Origin: Phoronis australis
Taxonomy: Eukaryota > Animalia > Phoronida
Length of the DNA stretch: 44,638 nt
Assembly (NCBI GenBank): GCA_002633005.1
Contig: NMRA01001053.1
Location: 18,069-62,706, forward strand
Direction: 5' to 3'
Below, in pieces: positions 1 through 11,900 of this stretch (the stretch's first letter is position 1; the number at the start of each line of letters is the position of its first letter). The notes below the pieces were generated by a model. The model was not told where the DNA came from. It saw only the letters and a list, made by a program, of their open reading frames with translations, and did not search any database. The position numbers and the translations under genes are program-made.

Positions 1-34
1 CCCCCGTAGAGCCGCCACTGAAATTATTTAGAGT

Positions 35-163
35 TATTCTTCCGTGAAATACAGACACTGAGGAGATCATAGCCGTGTGTTGAAATTTTAGACTTGCGAA
101 TTTCACATGCTCTAAACACAAAACGCTCGTTATATCCGAGTGGCTCGGAATACGATCAGGCCC
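35..163 (-). mobile_element. Internal fragment of family A
   Basis: Shares TATTCTTCCGTGAAATACAGACA and GTGGCTCGGAA..ATCAGGCCC with 43013-43155. Confidence 0.6.
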
Positions 164-503
164 CATGTGGAGAATTTCTCGCTTACTTCACATGTCACCA
201 CTCAAATTCCGTTAGCCCCAAACAACACTTATGATGTCTATTCAGCTCGCCATCTGTATTGATGGAGATCTCAGCTAATGAAGTAGAAAGGAAATAGCTA
301 GTTAAATACTACAAAACAAATAAAAAGTTAATTTGTGTTTATCTTGACCTTGGGCCACTTCCCAAAGGAACGATGGTTTTAAATACATTTCATACCGATT
401 TTCGTTATTTCATTTAAATGCTTCTGTCTACTTATTTTTTTCTTACCGGGAACTGCATTGGATACAGGGTCCTCAGTGCAAAGTTCAGGGTAGCTGCTAT
501 TAA

Positions 504-2124
504 AGGAGAATGCCACCCGATTTAATTAGTCATTTTTACCGTCTTAATCGATCCACATGGCCTCGCATACATGTACGGTCGACCTTACTTTGCAGAGAGG
601 TGTTGCGTTAACGACGCAGCGACGTCAGTGGTTCATCTGCAGGGTTAATGCCGCTATATCGCGGTCCATCGTACCTGCTTGTACGAACTATGAAGTTGCG
701 AGGAAAGTGAGTATATCGTTTTTTTTCGACTTCCTCGAGAGCCTGAAATGCTTAGGAAGTGGCTCGCGGTAGTTAAGAATGAAAGGTATGGTAATAGCAA
801 GTTAGTATGACGCCGTGAAACATCCCCGTGTCTGTGGCCGGCATTTCGTCGACAGTGATTTCCCTGACGAAAGCCGGCGTTCCAAAGAACTATCCATCCC
901 CCTGTGCACGGCGCCTTTTAGTATTTCTTGATCACTGTATTCCGGTTCGAACTGATAGCCTGTGAAACTTAACGATCCACCAGTGAAGTCTTCGTCGCCT
1001 GAACTCTCGTCTAAGTTTGATTGCTACTAGTTACCATGTTGACGTTTATTGTTCTGCGTTCTGTTTCAAAATGAATTATTCTCACTCTAACCAATGCTTA
1101 TATAAAACTGAAACAAAGTCTGTATCATTAGATATAATTTATAATGCCTTTGAAGTATTTGTGAGTGCAAATGTTTTGAGAAGCCAGCAACGAATAAACC
1201 ACTGTGTTACCGGCTTTTTAGAAAGGGAATTGACCGGGCACCGAGGTCGTGTGAGCGCATGCTAATTCAGTGTTTGTTGAGAGAAAAATGTTGTGAAACA
1301 ATAACTCGATTTTATATGCTATAGTCACATGTTAGGGAATCTTTATTTAGATGTACATGTACAAAATACGTTATTCAAATCATAGTTACTGGCTATACAG
1401 CTTTTGCCCCGACGGTTCTGTGGAAGGGGAACCTGCCCTTAAGGGCCCGTGACAAGTGAGTAGAGTTTCAGTTTCGTGGCTAATTCACCAAAATAATTAC
1501 GTGCACGTTATTTGTGTGGCTCACTAGTCTTTTCGTGACTGGAGGTTTAGTTTCCAACTTAAAGCTGGTTTATGTTCGTGATGTCCAGTCCCCGGCCGGC
1601 GGCCGCGCCGGCGTGTTCGAGTTCCGAGCCACTGTCTAGTATAACAAGCGTTTTGTGTGTTTAGAACTGAAAAAATCACAAGTCTAAAATTAAACGCACG
1701 GTTATGTTCTCCTGTCTGTATTACATGGAAGAATGGTTCGATTTTTCACCAAACAGACCTTAACTCCCGCGATCGATCTTAGTAAATTGGCCAGTACCAA
1801 ACTCTGTAGGCTATGGTACGTTCAAATACCTATAAATCCGTAACAGTGAAATAAAACAACCAGTTTGTTCAAGAACTAGACGTATCTGTAAGGGTTTTAA
1901 ATCAAAGTTTGATGATTTATTGGTGTAAAACGATGAATTCAAGCGTTAAGTTGACACCAGCGAAAGCGTGTTGTGAACGACTGAACAGACTGCTTCGAAC
2001 CGATTACGGCATTGGTTAATTTCAACACATCCGTCTGGTAAAACAACTGACCTTGCTGTTATCGAGTGAAACTACTCCATCTAAAGTGATACAAAATAGG
2101 TAGTTTTCGGGGTGGCATTCTCCT
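504..2124 (+). mobile_element. Non-autonomous Kolobok-type element (family A) with decayed THAP
   Basis: TTAA TSDs at 500-503 and 2125-2128, 15-bp TIR AGGAGAATGCCACCC. A frameshifted THAP remnant at about 648-900 reads IVPACTNY..ISFF/RLPREPEMLRKWLAVVKN/YDAVKHPRVCGRHFVDSDF. Confidence 0.85.
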
Positions 2125-2857
2125 TTAAATCCAACCTATTCAAGACGGAAAGTGACACCTGTTGGTAATGGTAGTAAGCACCACTGAAGTAAAACAAAAA
2201 CATTTCGAAAAACATCTAAAATTAAATTCAACCACATTTTTGAGGTGATGTAAAGACATTTGAAGCATAGCACTAGAATAAAAATTACACTACATGTAAA
2301 TTAAACTTTTCATCAGATATCACTTTTACATGTAGAGGCATGCACAAAGTCAGCACATTTTACTTCTGTTAAAATAAGCCTTCTTGAATGCTTAAGTACA
2401 GTAGATATTAAACACTGTTTTGGCTTAAAACAGATATTAGCAACAACTTTCCCATCCAGCTCCCTAATGTAAAATAATGTTCTGAAACCGTTGTCAGCTC
2501 TCTAAAATTTGGAGGAAGTTTGAAAACTCCTTACAAAGCCTGCTAAACAAGGCATTACAATGTTTAAGGCGAGTTACACAATAACTGTGGGAAAAGACCA
2601 TACACCAAAAAACCCCAGAGAGTAAGCGTTTTAGTTGAATATTACTTTCATCACCCAAGTGGGACGCCGACATTGCGTTACCAGAACGAGGACAGAACGA
2701 GGTTTGTGTGAAATCGCCAAAACAGGGTTTGGTATCCCTTTCAATAAAACCACAACAATGCACAAATACAGAAAAAATTTGTTCCTAAAACTGCATCCTG
2801 ACTCGAACAATGTGGACAGCTTTTCATGAACATCACAGACACTTTATCACAAAATAA

Positions 2858-2963
2858 TCATTTGTTTATCTTTTTTGATTTCGGTCTTCGTAGCCTCTTG
2901 ATCAGTAGGAAGACCTTGTTTGTTAACTGACCGGCAAAGGCAAACAGTCTCAAAGGAAAGGTG
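2858..2963 (-). CDS. EI24: EI24 last coding exon ([18 protein letters not shown]...KKINK*)
   Basis: Acceptor TTTGCAG, phase consistent with the previous exon, stop TGA at 2860-2858. Confidence 0.88.
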
Positions 2964-5900
2964 CTGCAAAAGAATAGAAACATCAACGTGAGTAATGATG
3001 TACATGTGAAGGTTATGGACTTTAAGTACTCGGAAAGCAGACGATATTTACAGTTTTTGGCCACAACATTGACAAGGAGGAAACAACAAAACTTTTAACA
3101 TCACATTGGTACTCGCGTATTATACCTGGCAAAATTACCATTGCACATTTTGTTTCATGCAATAAATTGTGCCTAATTCCAACTAGTAAGATCAGTACAA
3201 TCACCCAAAGTCCCGGGTGTAGCTGTGCTGATGCAACACTGTCGTCTAAAAGAGTATCGTGTCATCACTTAAAATCAACAATTTTTTTCAATTAATGGCA
3301 GTAGTCGGATATTATGTGCCCATATTTTGAGAACCAGTTCGATGCCTGTTATTCAGTGGAGAAAACTGGTTCTCAAAATCCAGGCACGTTACATCTGACC
3401 ACCACTCAATTAACAGAAGGAATAATTTGTCAATACAATAAAAAAATGTCGGAATAAATCAATGGATTGTCATACATCAATCCTATTCAATAATCTTTAT
3501 TGCTCACAGAGAGAGGCAGAGTTTCAATTTCGTAAAATCTGCATTGGGTCCTGTTTCGCTGGTTACAAAAGCGAAAATAGAATAAGGCCTTTTGCTCACA
3601 TAAAATCGGTCTCATATTATTCCCAAGTGTGATAGGTTTCTATTCCCATTACAGGGGCGGATGCAGGATTTTGAGTTATGGGGGGCCAGGGCAGAGTATT
3701 AGCCAGGATTTTGCCCTTCAGACATTCACACCCAAGAACTGCCAAAGAGAATTTGGGAGAATTTTAGGGGGGCCCCCCTCTAAATCCGCCACTGCATTAC
3801 TAACAAGATCATAGAAAGCAACAGCGATTCAAGAAAACTTAACAGAGTTGGTTGGGATTGGCAAACTGCGATTTTGTAAATGACACATGTAAGTACTCTA
3901 TGACTTGAGCTGTTGATGGAAATAGAATTGTATCACTGCAAGAGATATTACGAGACCAATCAGTGGCGGACTTAGAGGGGGGCCAAGGGGGCCATGCCCC
4001 CTCCCCCTAAAATTCTCCTAGATCCATTTGGCAGTTCGAACGTCTGACGAGCAAAATCCTGGCTAATACTCATCATTTCAGTTTACTGTTACATAGTATG
4101 GCAACCACCTTTGACTTGAATAGTTGCAATTTATTAAAGCGGGCAGTGATCAAACTAAACAAAATCAACTGAACCCCGATCCAGTGGCTTAAGCCCAAAC
4201 AAGTACAGTGCAAAAATGGCATGTGCAATGGTGGCGATGTGATCGGTATACTTTCGACCAAGGCATGCGCATTGACACCCACACACGGAATTACGTGTGT
4301 TATTCATCATGTTTCCACAGGGCTACTTTTCAGCATAGGTGGCCCTGTGACAGAGAGTAGAGACTGGTTTGATGAGAGAAAAAGACCTAGTAATCCGATT
4401 TTCGTTTTTTAACCAGCTAAACAAGGAGAAACGCAACTTTTTAAATGCTTAAAAACATTTTCCACAACATCAAACAAAAACAAAAGTTCGACATTTAATC
4501 TAAACTAAGAAAGTTGATGACAAAGACAGGAGCTTGGGCAAATCTTCGTTTTGTTTTTGTAGTGAGAAGCAATACTCTGGATGCCTTTTGAAAAGTACAT
4601 CATTAGAAAGAAAGAACAAAACTATGCACGTTAATCAACAAGGTTTGAAAACTTATGGGTCTTAAACTAAAACTAAAAGTAAGACTGCAAAGTACAAACA
4701 GTCAGAGCACAAATTTTAAGCAAATTCAGACAAAACACATCTGCAACTGATTAACATGTGAAAAATAGCACGTAATATGAGCTCCATGCTGAGGATACAT
4801 CATAGAAAACTAGAAGTGGGTCCAAACTTGGATTAACTGTTCTCCCCTATGCAAAATCAACAGAGAAAAACACTCACCAGCCATTGGCATACATACATGT
4901 GCCAATATAATAGTCACACTTTTGTCTAGTTCTGGTTGGAGTTCAGTAACACCAGGACCTCGCTAAAATCTAGCCAAAATCATGTGTTCTCATTTAAAAT
5001 ACACCGCAATATCTCACAAAATCTCGCGAAGTCTTGCTTTTTTGCAAGGTCCTAGCATAAATTACTGAACTCTACCCTGAACTCACTAAGTGCATGCACT
5101 AACTCACATTAAAGCAAATTTGCATGTTTGATTTTATGTGTGAACTCACCAACTGTTTTCTAAAGGTTTAGCTTCATTGGCACTTATAATGAAGAGTGGA
5201 AATAGTAGGGAAAATATGCAGCCACTGAAAGTAAACAAGCAATTAGGGACTAGATACGAAATTTCAAGTACTGGCGACCATTGAAAAAGTAATGCCTTAA
5301 AGCCAATGGGAAGCTGAGACTCAAACTAATTCAAATTCAGAAGAAGTGTAGCCAAATGGGTCCTCTTAAAATCAAAAAGACAAATTTAAAGAGAATTGGC
5401 AAGGTTTGCAAACAGCAAATTTCAAATGACTGCTGATTTGGACATTCATCAAAACAAAAGAGCTGGAACTCCTGAATGCTCTGAGGGTGACAACAAGCTC
5501 TGAATATTCACTAAGGGCTGCAAATTGGTTTAAGGGAAGACGTTATTGGTTAAAAAAATGCAAAAGATGGGCAGAATGAGAACTGAACTCTGTACACACT
5601 TAGAGCCACAATCCACAATGTAGTGTTCGGCAACTTGATAATGCAAGATCCATAACTGGTGTCCCAAACGAGATAACTCGTCAACACGTTTGCGAGGACG
5701 AGATTTAAAACATTCATCCTATTCACACATTCAATTAGCATATCGCCAGGATTTTGAGTGAAAGCTTATCTGACCAATCAGAATGCAGCATTCTTGACAC
5801 GCCTTCGTTTCCAAGCCAACAATTTACCCGACAAAAAACACGTTGGGTCAAACTTAACGTTTGTTTGTCGGGTGTCATGTGACTTCGCAAGGTCGCAATA

Positions 5901-8900
5901 GGTCAATTAGCCAGCATTAGATTGCCATCTCATCACCATGACGAGGAATGAGCACTATACCACTGACACTGCATGCAAAGAAGATGAAAAGCTGATGCAC
6001 CCTATTAGTTCTAATTAAGCAACAAGAGCAACGCAGAGCGTTGAAATGCACCCACGAATGCATCGCAAATGGTGTGCTTTTAGGGGGTTTTGTTTGTATC
6101 ATCGAAATGGCCACTAGATGGTGCAAAATACATCGAATCCGTCTGAAAACTAAATTTCATTAAAATTCACTGAGGAACTTCAGAGAAACAGAGGAAAACG
6201 AAAAAATGAAATTGCCACTCGGGGCCACAGTGTTCATCGGATCCGTCTAAAGGTCGTTGTCTTCTCTTGTTAACTTCATATAAATACATGACTTTTTGTG
6301 CTAAATTCAATAAAGATCCTGCAGAGCACTTAGGATATACAGGTATGGGTGCAAAAAAACAAAACTGCCACTAGGAGGTGCCACAGTACTCGAAGTCATA
6401 TGAAACCCATCGTAAAGCCGTCCCCTTCATAGAAAGAACATACATGCCAACTTTTACAATCATCCTTAGAGTGGTTTGGTTGACAAGAGGGACAGACGCC
6501 AAAAAAATCGAAAACAACAAAAATGGCCACTAGGTGGCACAAACTATGAATCCAACCGAAAACGGGAGGATAGCGTCATCTCACTAATAGAGGTCTATGT
6601 GCCAAATTTTGTGGAAATCCGTTGACACCGGTACACCGATCGGTCCGAAAGTCGTCGTCGTCTGTTGTCACCTTCATATAAATACATTTCCTAAATTTTA
6701 TAAAAATACTGTAGAACATTTAGGAGATACAGCCATAGGTGCAAAACCAAACAAAACTGCCACTAGGAGGCGCCACAGTAGTCAAAGTCGTCGGAAAATC
6801 ATCATCAACAGTCTTCCTCATAGTAAGAACATACATGCCAATTTTCACAATCGTCCTTACAGCGGTTTGGTTGATACAGGGGCGGACGCCAAAAAAAATG
6901 ACTCGAAAACAGTAAAAATGGCCACTAGATGTCAAAACGCAAAATGCCTCGAATCCATCCAAAAACAAGAAGATACCGTCAACTCATTAATAGATGCCTA
7001 TGTACCAAATTTCACGAAAATCGGTTGAGGACTTCTGAAGATACAGAGGCAAACGTAAAAAAATAAAATTGCCACTAGGGGGCACAGTGGTATTTGGGTC
7101 GGTCCGAAACTCGTCGGCCTCTGTCGTCAACCCCATAGGAACAAACTTGCCAAATTTCAATAAGATCCTGCAAGGGGTTTAGGAGATACTGCCGCGGACG
7201 CCAGACACCCAAACAGAGATGACAGCAACATGCGACAACATATAAATATGTGGCCGCATAAAAAATGTTTACCATTAATAGCTTTTAGCACATAAGTGTA
7301 GGTGGTAACTTTAAAATTTTACTGATTTCGCTATGAATCATTGTTCTGTCAAAGAAAAGAATGTTTCGCAAACAAGTCTAAGTCTGGTCAGCGCGCCACA
7401 AACGATGTTTGATATGACTAACTACGGAATATGTGAAAGTGGTCTCAACATCTTGCACACTCAGATGAGAAGAGGTTTATGGGTTTAGAAAGAACCATTA
7501 TTACTTCATTGCTTGAGGTCGTGCGCAGGGGAGAAAATTACAAGCAAAGACATGACAACTTGTTGAGCCTAGACCCAAGCTTCATAACAATCTTCCAGTT
7601 CTTTCAAAACTTAAAAAAATACCGTCTCCCATGAGCAAAGAATAAACTGAGGCTACTTTCAAATTTTTTTTAGGGGCTGTGGGTTTATAGCAGTTTCGAA
7701 TAGTATTCGAAAATACTCAATGAATCCTCATCACCATTAATATCACAGAAAATATTAAGTGAAGATCCCTTTTGGAACAAAAGAGCCATACCTTAATGTG
7801 GTAAGTGTACAGCCATTTCATCCATATCTCACGGACTTGATTCACCACCAGGTGACCTGGTGTGCCCTCTGTCGTTGTAGAATAAAATGATAAAAACAGT
7901 ACCAGTGATTCCCTATTGTCGGGGGGAATCCCGTAACAGATCTGAATACACTGCAAGTAGATCAAGTCCAGGATCTCTGTTAAGACTAGGTCCACAGTTC
8001 TTTGGTTCCGAAAGTGATCTTCACTTAATTTTTATCACTTAAATGGATCCTAGTAATATACATAGTCTCATTAACATCACTGTTTGACTGAAATGAGAAG
8101 CAAACAATCCTCGGTCACACAATAGAGTAGAATTACCTGATGACGTACGACTGTGTCAGTGCTGTCAGTACTGCCAATGGTAGACCAAACCCAGTGAAAT
8201 ACGGCCAGTTGCCCTCTACGTACTCAAGTCTCTGTTGAACCTCCCAGCCTGAACAGAAAGAAGATACTTGAGCAGAATTGCATAAAATGGCAGCGTTACC
8301 CACGGGTACACACTGCCATCTGGTGGACAGAAAAGAATAATGAAAACATTTGACGGCTTGAGCTGTTATAGCTAGTATCCAGGTGAATCTGAATTCCCAG
8401 CAATCTAGACAGTCATGAGGTAACTCGTGCGCCAACATTTGGCCTTTTGTCACCCCAACCCTATAAGCGCACGTAAGCCAGACTTACTAACTCATCGCTG
8501 CTGAAAAAACGGTATTCGCTATAATTTCTCATACAATGCACCAATTTTAAAAATTCGAAGATGACTATTGTTTATTTTTCATTTGCCATTTGGTCGTTTG
8601 TCCTTTTTACTCACCNTCATCCTTACAGCGGTTTGGTTGTTAGAGGGCAGACGCCAAAAAAAATGACTCAAAAACAGTAAAAATGGCCACTAGATGGCGC
8701 AAAATGACTGTAATCCATCCGAAAATAAAAGGATAGCGTCAACTGATTAATAGATGCCCATGTACCAAATTTCACGAAATTCGGTTGAGGACCTCTGAAG
8801 ATAAAGAGGCAAACGTAAAAAACTAAAATTGCCACTAGGGGCACAGTGGTATTTGGGTCGGTCAGAAACTCGTCGCCCTCTGTCGTCAACCCCATAGGAA

Positions 8901-11900
8901 CACACTTGCCAAATTTCAATAAGATCCATCAAGGGGTTTAAGAGATGCGGACGCCCAGATGCCCAAACAGAAATGACGGCAACATACGACCACATATAAA
9001 TATGTGGGCGCATAACAAATGTTTACCATTAATAGCTTTTTAGCACATCAGTGTAGGTGGTAACTTTAAAATTTTACTGATTTGGCTATGAATCATTGTT
9101 CTGTCAAAGTCTGGTAAGCGCACCACAAACAATGTTTGATATGACTAACTACGGATGTGAAAGTGGTCTCAACATCTTGCGCACTCAGATGAGAAGTGGT
9201 TTATGGGTTTGGAAGGATTTACTTCATGGCTTGAGGTTGTGCGCAGGGGAGAAAATTACAAGCAAAGACATGACAGCTTGTTGAGCCTAGACTTAAGCTT
9301 CATAACAAGCTTCCAGTTCTTTCAAAGCCTACAAAATACCGTCTCCCTTGAGCAAGGAATAAACTGAGGCTACTTTCAAAATTTTTTTAGGGGCTGTGGG
9401 TTTATAGCAGTTTCGAATAGTATTTGAAAATACTCAATGAATCCTCATTACCATTAATATCACAGAAAATATTAGGTGAAGATCCTTTTTGGAACCAAAG
9501 AACCGTACCTTAATGTGGTAAGTGTACAGCCATTTCATCCATATCTCATGGACTTGATTCACCACCTGGTGTGTCCTCTGTCATTGTAGAATAAAATGAT
9601 AAAAACAGTACCAGTGATTCCCTATTGTCGGGGGGAATCCCGTAACAGATCTGAATACACTACAAGTAGATCAAGTCCAGGATCTCTGTTAAGACTAGGT
9701 CCACAGTTCTTTGGTTCCGAAAGTGATCTTCACTTAATTTTTATCACTTAAATGGATCCTAGTAATATACATAGTCTCATTAACATCACTGTTTGACTGA
9801 AATGAGAAGCAAACAATCCTCGGTCACACAATAGAGTAGAATTACCTGATGACGTACGACTGTGTCAGTGCTGTCAGTACTGCCAATGGTAGACCAAACC
9901 CAGTGAAATACGGCCAGTTGCCCTCTACGTACTCAAGTCTCTGTTGAACCTCCCAGCCTGAACAGAAAGAAGATACTTGAGCAGAATTGCATAAAATGGC
10001 AGCGTTACCCACGGGTACACACTGCCATCTGGTGGACAGAAAAGAATAATGAAAACATTTGACGGCTTGAGCTGTTATAGCTAGTACCCAGGTGAATCTG
10101 AATTCCCAGCAATCTAGACAGTCATGAGGTAACTCGTGCGCCAACATTTGGCCTTTTGTCACCCCAACCCTATAAGCGCACGTAAGCCAGACTTACTAAC
10201 TCATTGCTGCTGAAAAAACGGTATTCGCTATAATTTCTCATACAATGCACCAATTTTAAAAATTCGAAGATGACTATTGTTTATTTTTCATTTGCCATTT
10301 GGTCGTTTGTCCTTTTTACTCACCATATTGTTTGTTTTTTGATTTTGAAAGTAGTACGTTAAACAGGCACGTTGGTTACGATTGCAATTATCTCATCCAA
10401 GCCCATGAAAAGCGATAAGCTCACTTCGAGGTGTGAGGGTGCCGTAAAGTCTTTAATGTGCCGAGAAATTCATTGGAGACTGTGGAGTGAGGATGCATGC
10501 ATTCTCATCCACTCGCGTGCAAATTGTGATACCCTACAAGTTGCCTAGTGAATGGCGGTAAGATATAACAGATGGTAGATTAGGGGCGGATCCAGGACTT
10601 TGACTTGGGGGGGGCAGGGCAGACTATTAGCCAGGATTTTCCCTGTCCTGTCAGACATTCGCACCCCCAAACTGCCCAATGGAATCTGGGAAAATTTTAG
10701 GGAGGGCCATGGCCGCCTTGGCACCCCTCTAAATCCGCCACTATAGATGATATGAAAATTTGTTTCCTTGCGAACAAGACTCATCCAAAAGATCAGTGAA
10801 TACATAATAAGTTGCACCGAAAGTGACTCCTAAATGTTAAACGGCAACAAGGGGGTCAAAATAATGGATACAAGAACATCAAGCAAAATAAAACAATATT
10901 TAGTTGATGGTTGGTATTTGTGCATTGCACGCACCACTTACCCATGTTAAACCACTTGTACTCAAATGCATACAGCGAGTACAGAAAACTGGTATGTAGT
11001 AGGTAAACAAACTGACCAAGTCCTTGAATGGGCAGATAATTACACAACATTCCCTGAAAACAGTAAGACAAGATGTGAGTTTTAGAGCAGGCTTGCTTTC
11101 ACATACATGCATGTAGAGGTTGTTGTGACTGCTTCAACAGAACATTTGAGACTTAATAACACATGTCCCTCATTGAAAGACAAATCACAAAACTGCTTGC
11201 ACATAATTTAGATGACAGGTAATTATCCTTTTCTATAGGAATAATTTGAAAGAGATTAATTATATGTTTAAGAATCAAAGGTATAGTCAAATTTCATTCC
11301 AATGAGCCTCCCAGAACTTATCGAAGACATTGTTGTAACCGAGCAACTTCTTACTAACAACCATGATTATAGAACTGTTTATTACTCATTTTTTTCGTGT
11401 GTTATGGTGTTCATGCATGTGCCCAGCCATCAGCAAATCGGGCGCTTGTGCGTCATGCACTATGCACAAATATGAAATTGAGGAGTCCATTTGTGCAGTC
11501 AATTTTTTGACTGCCAAGCGCTGGCTCACTGTAATATTGGTGACATTACCCACATAGACATTGAAATCGATACATTATAACCATGTGGATGTTATGTTAT
11601 ATCCATGTTATTAAAAATAAAGGGTAGAAAAGGTATTTTGCAGAAAACTGGGACTTCCAGAATGGAATGTTAGAAGCGAGCGAATGTTGCGTTTCTACTG
11701 TAAATATGTCGAATCTAACAGAAAAACAGCTGCTGCTGAATAACAACATAACATACAAGAACAACAAGTGTTGAAATGCACCCATGACAGCAACGCGAAC
11801 AGTGTGCATCAAGAGATGTTCATTAAAGTGTCAAAAAATGGACACTAGGTGGCACAGAACACATAAAATCCATCCCAAAATGGATGGATGCTATCGCCAC

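Larger units (their letters stand above)
6851..10324. repeat. Tandem duplication 6851-8615 / 8617-10324 around a single N
   Basis: Two near-identical blocks with SNPs and indels meeting exactly at the N at 8616. Confidence 0.9.

Noticed and set aside
4932-5079. Short inverted-repeat element (GAGTTCAGTAA ends)
   Set aside because: The inverted repeat is visible but I found no TSD or second copy, so it could not be classified.
6100-7100. CRISPR-like array
   Set aside because: The locus is eukaryotic, the repeats are degenerate with irregular spacing, and the spacers resemble each other; these are internal units of a dispersed element.
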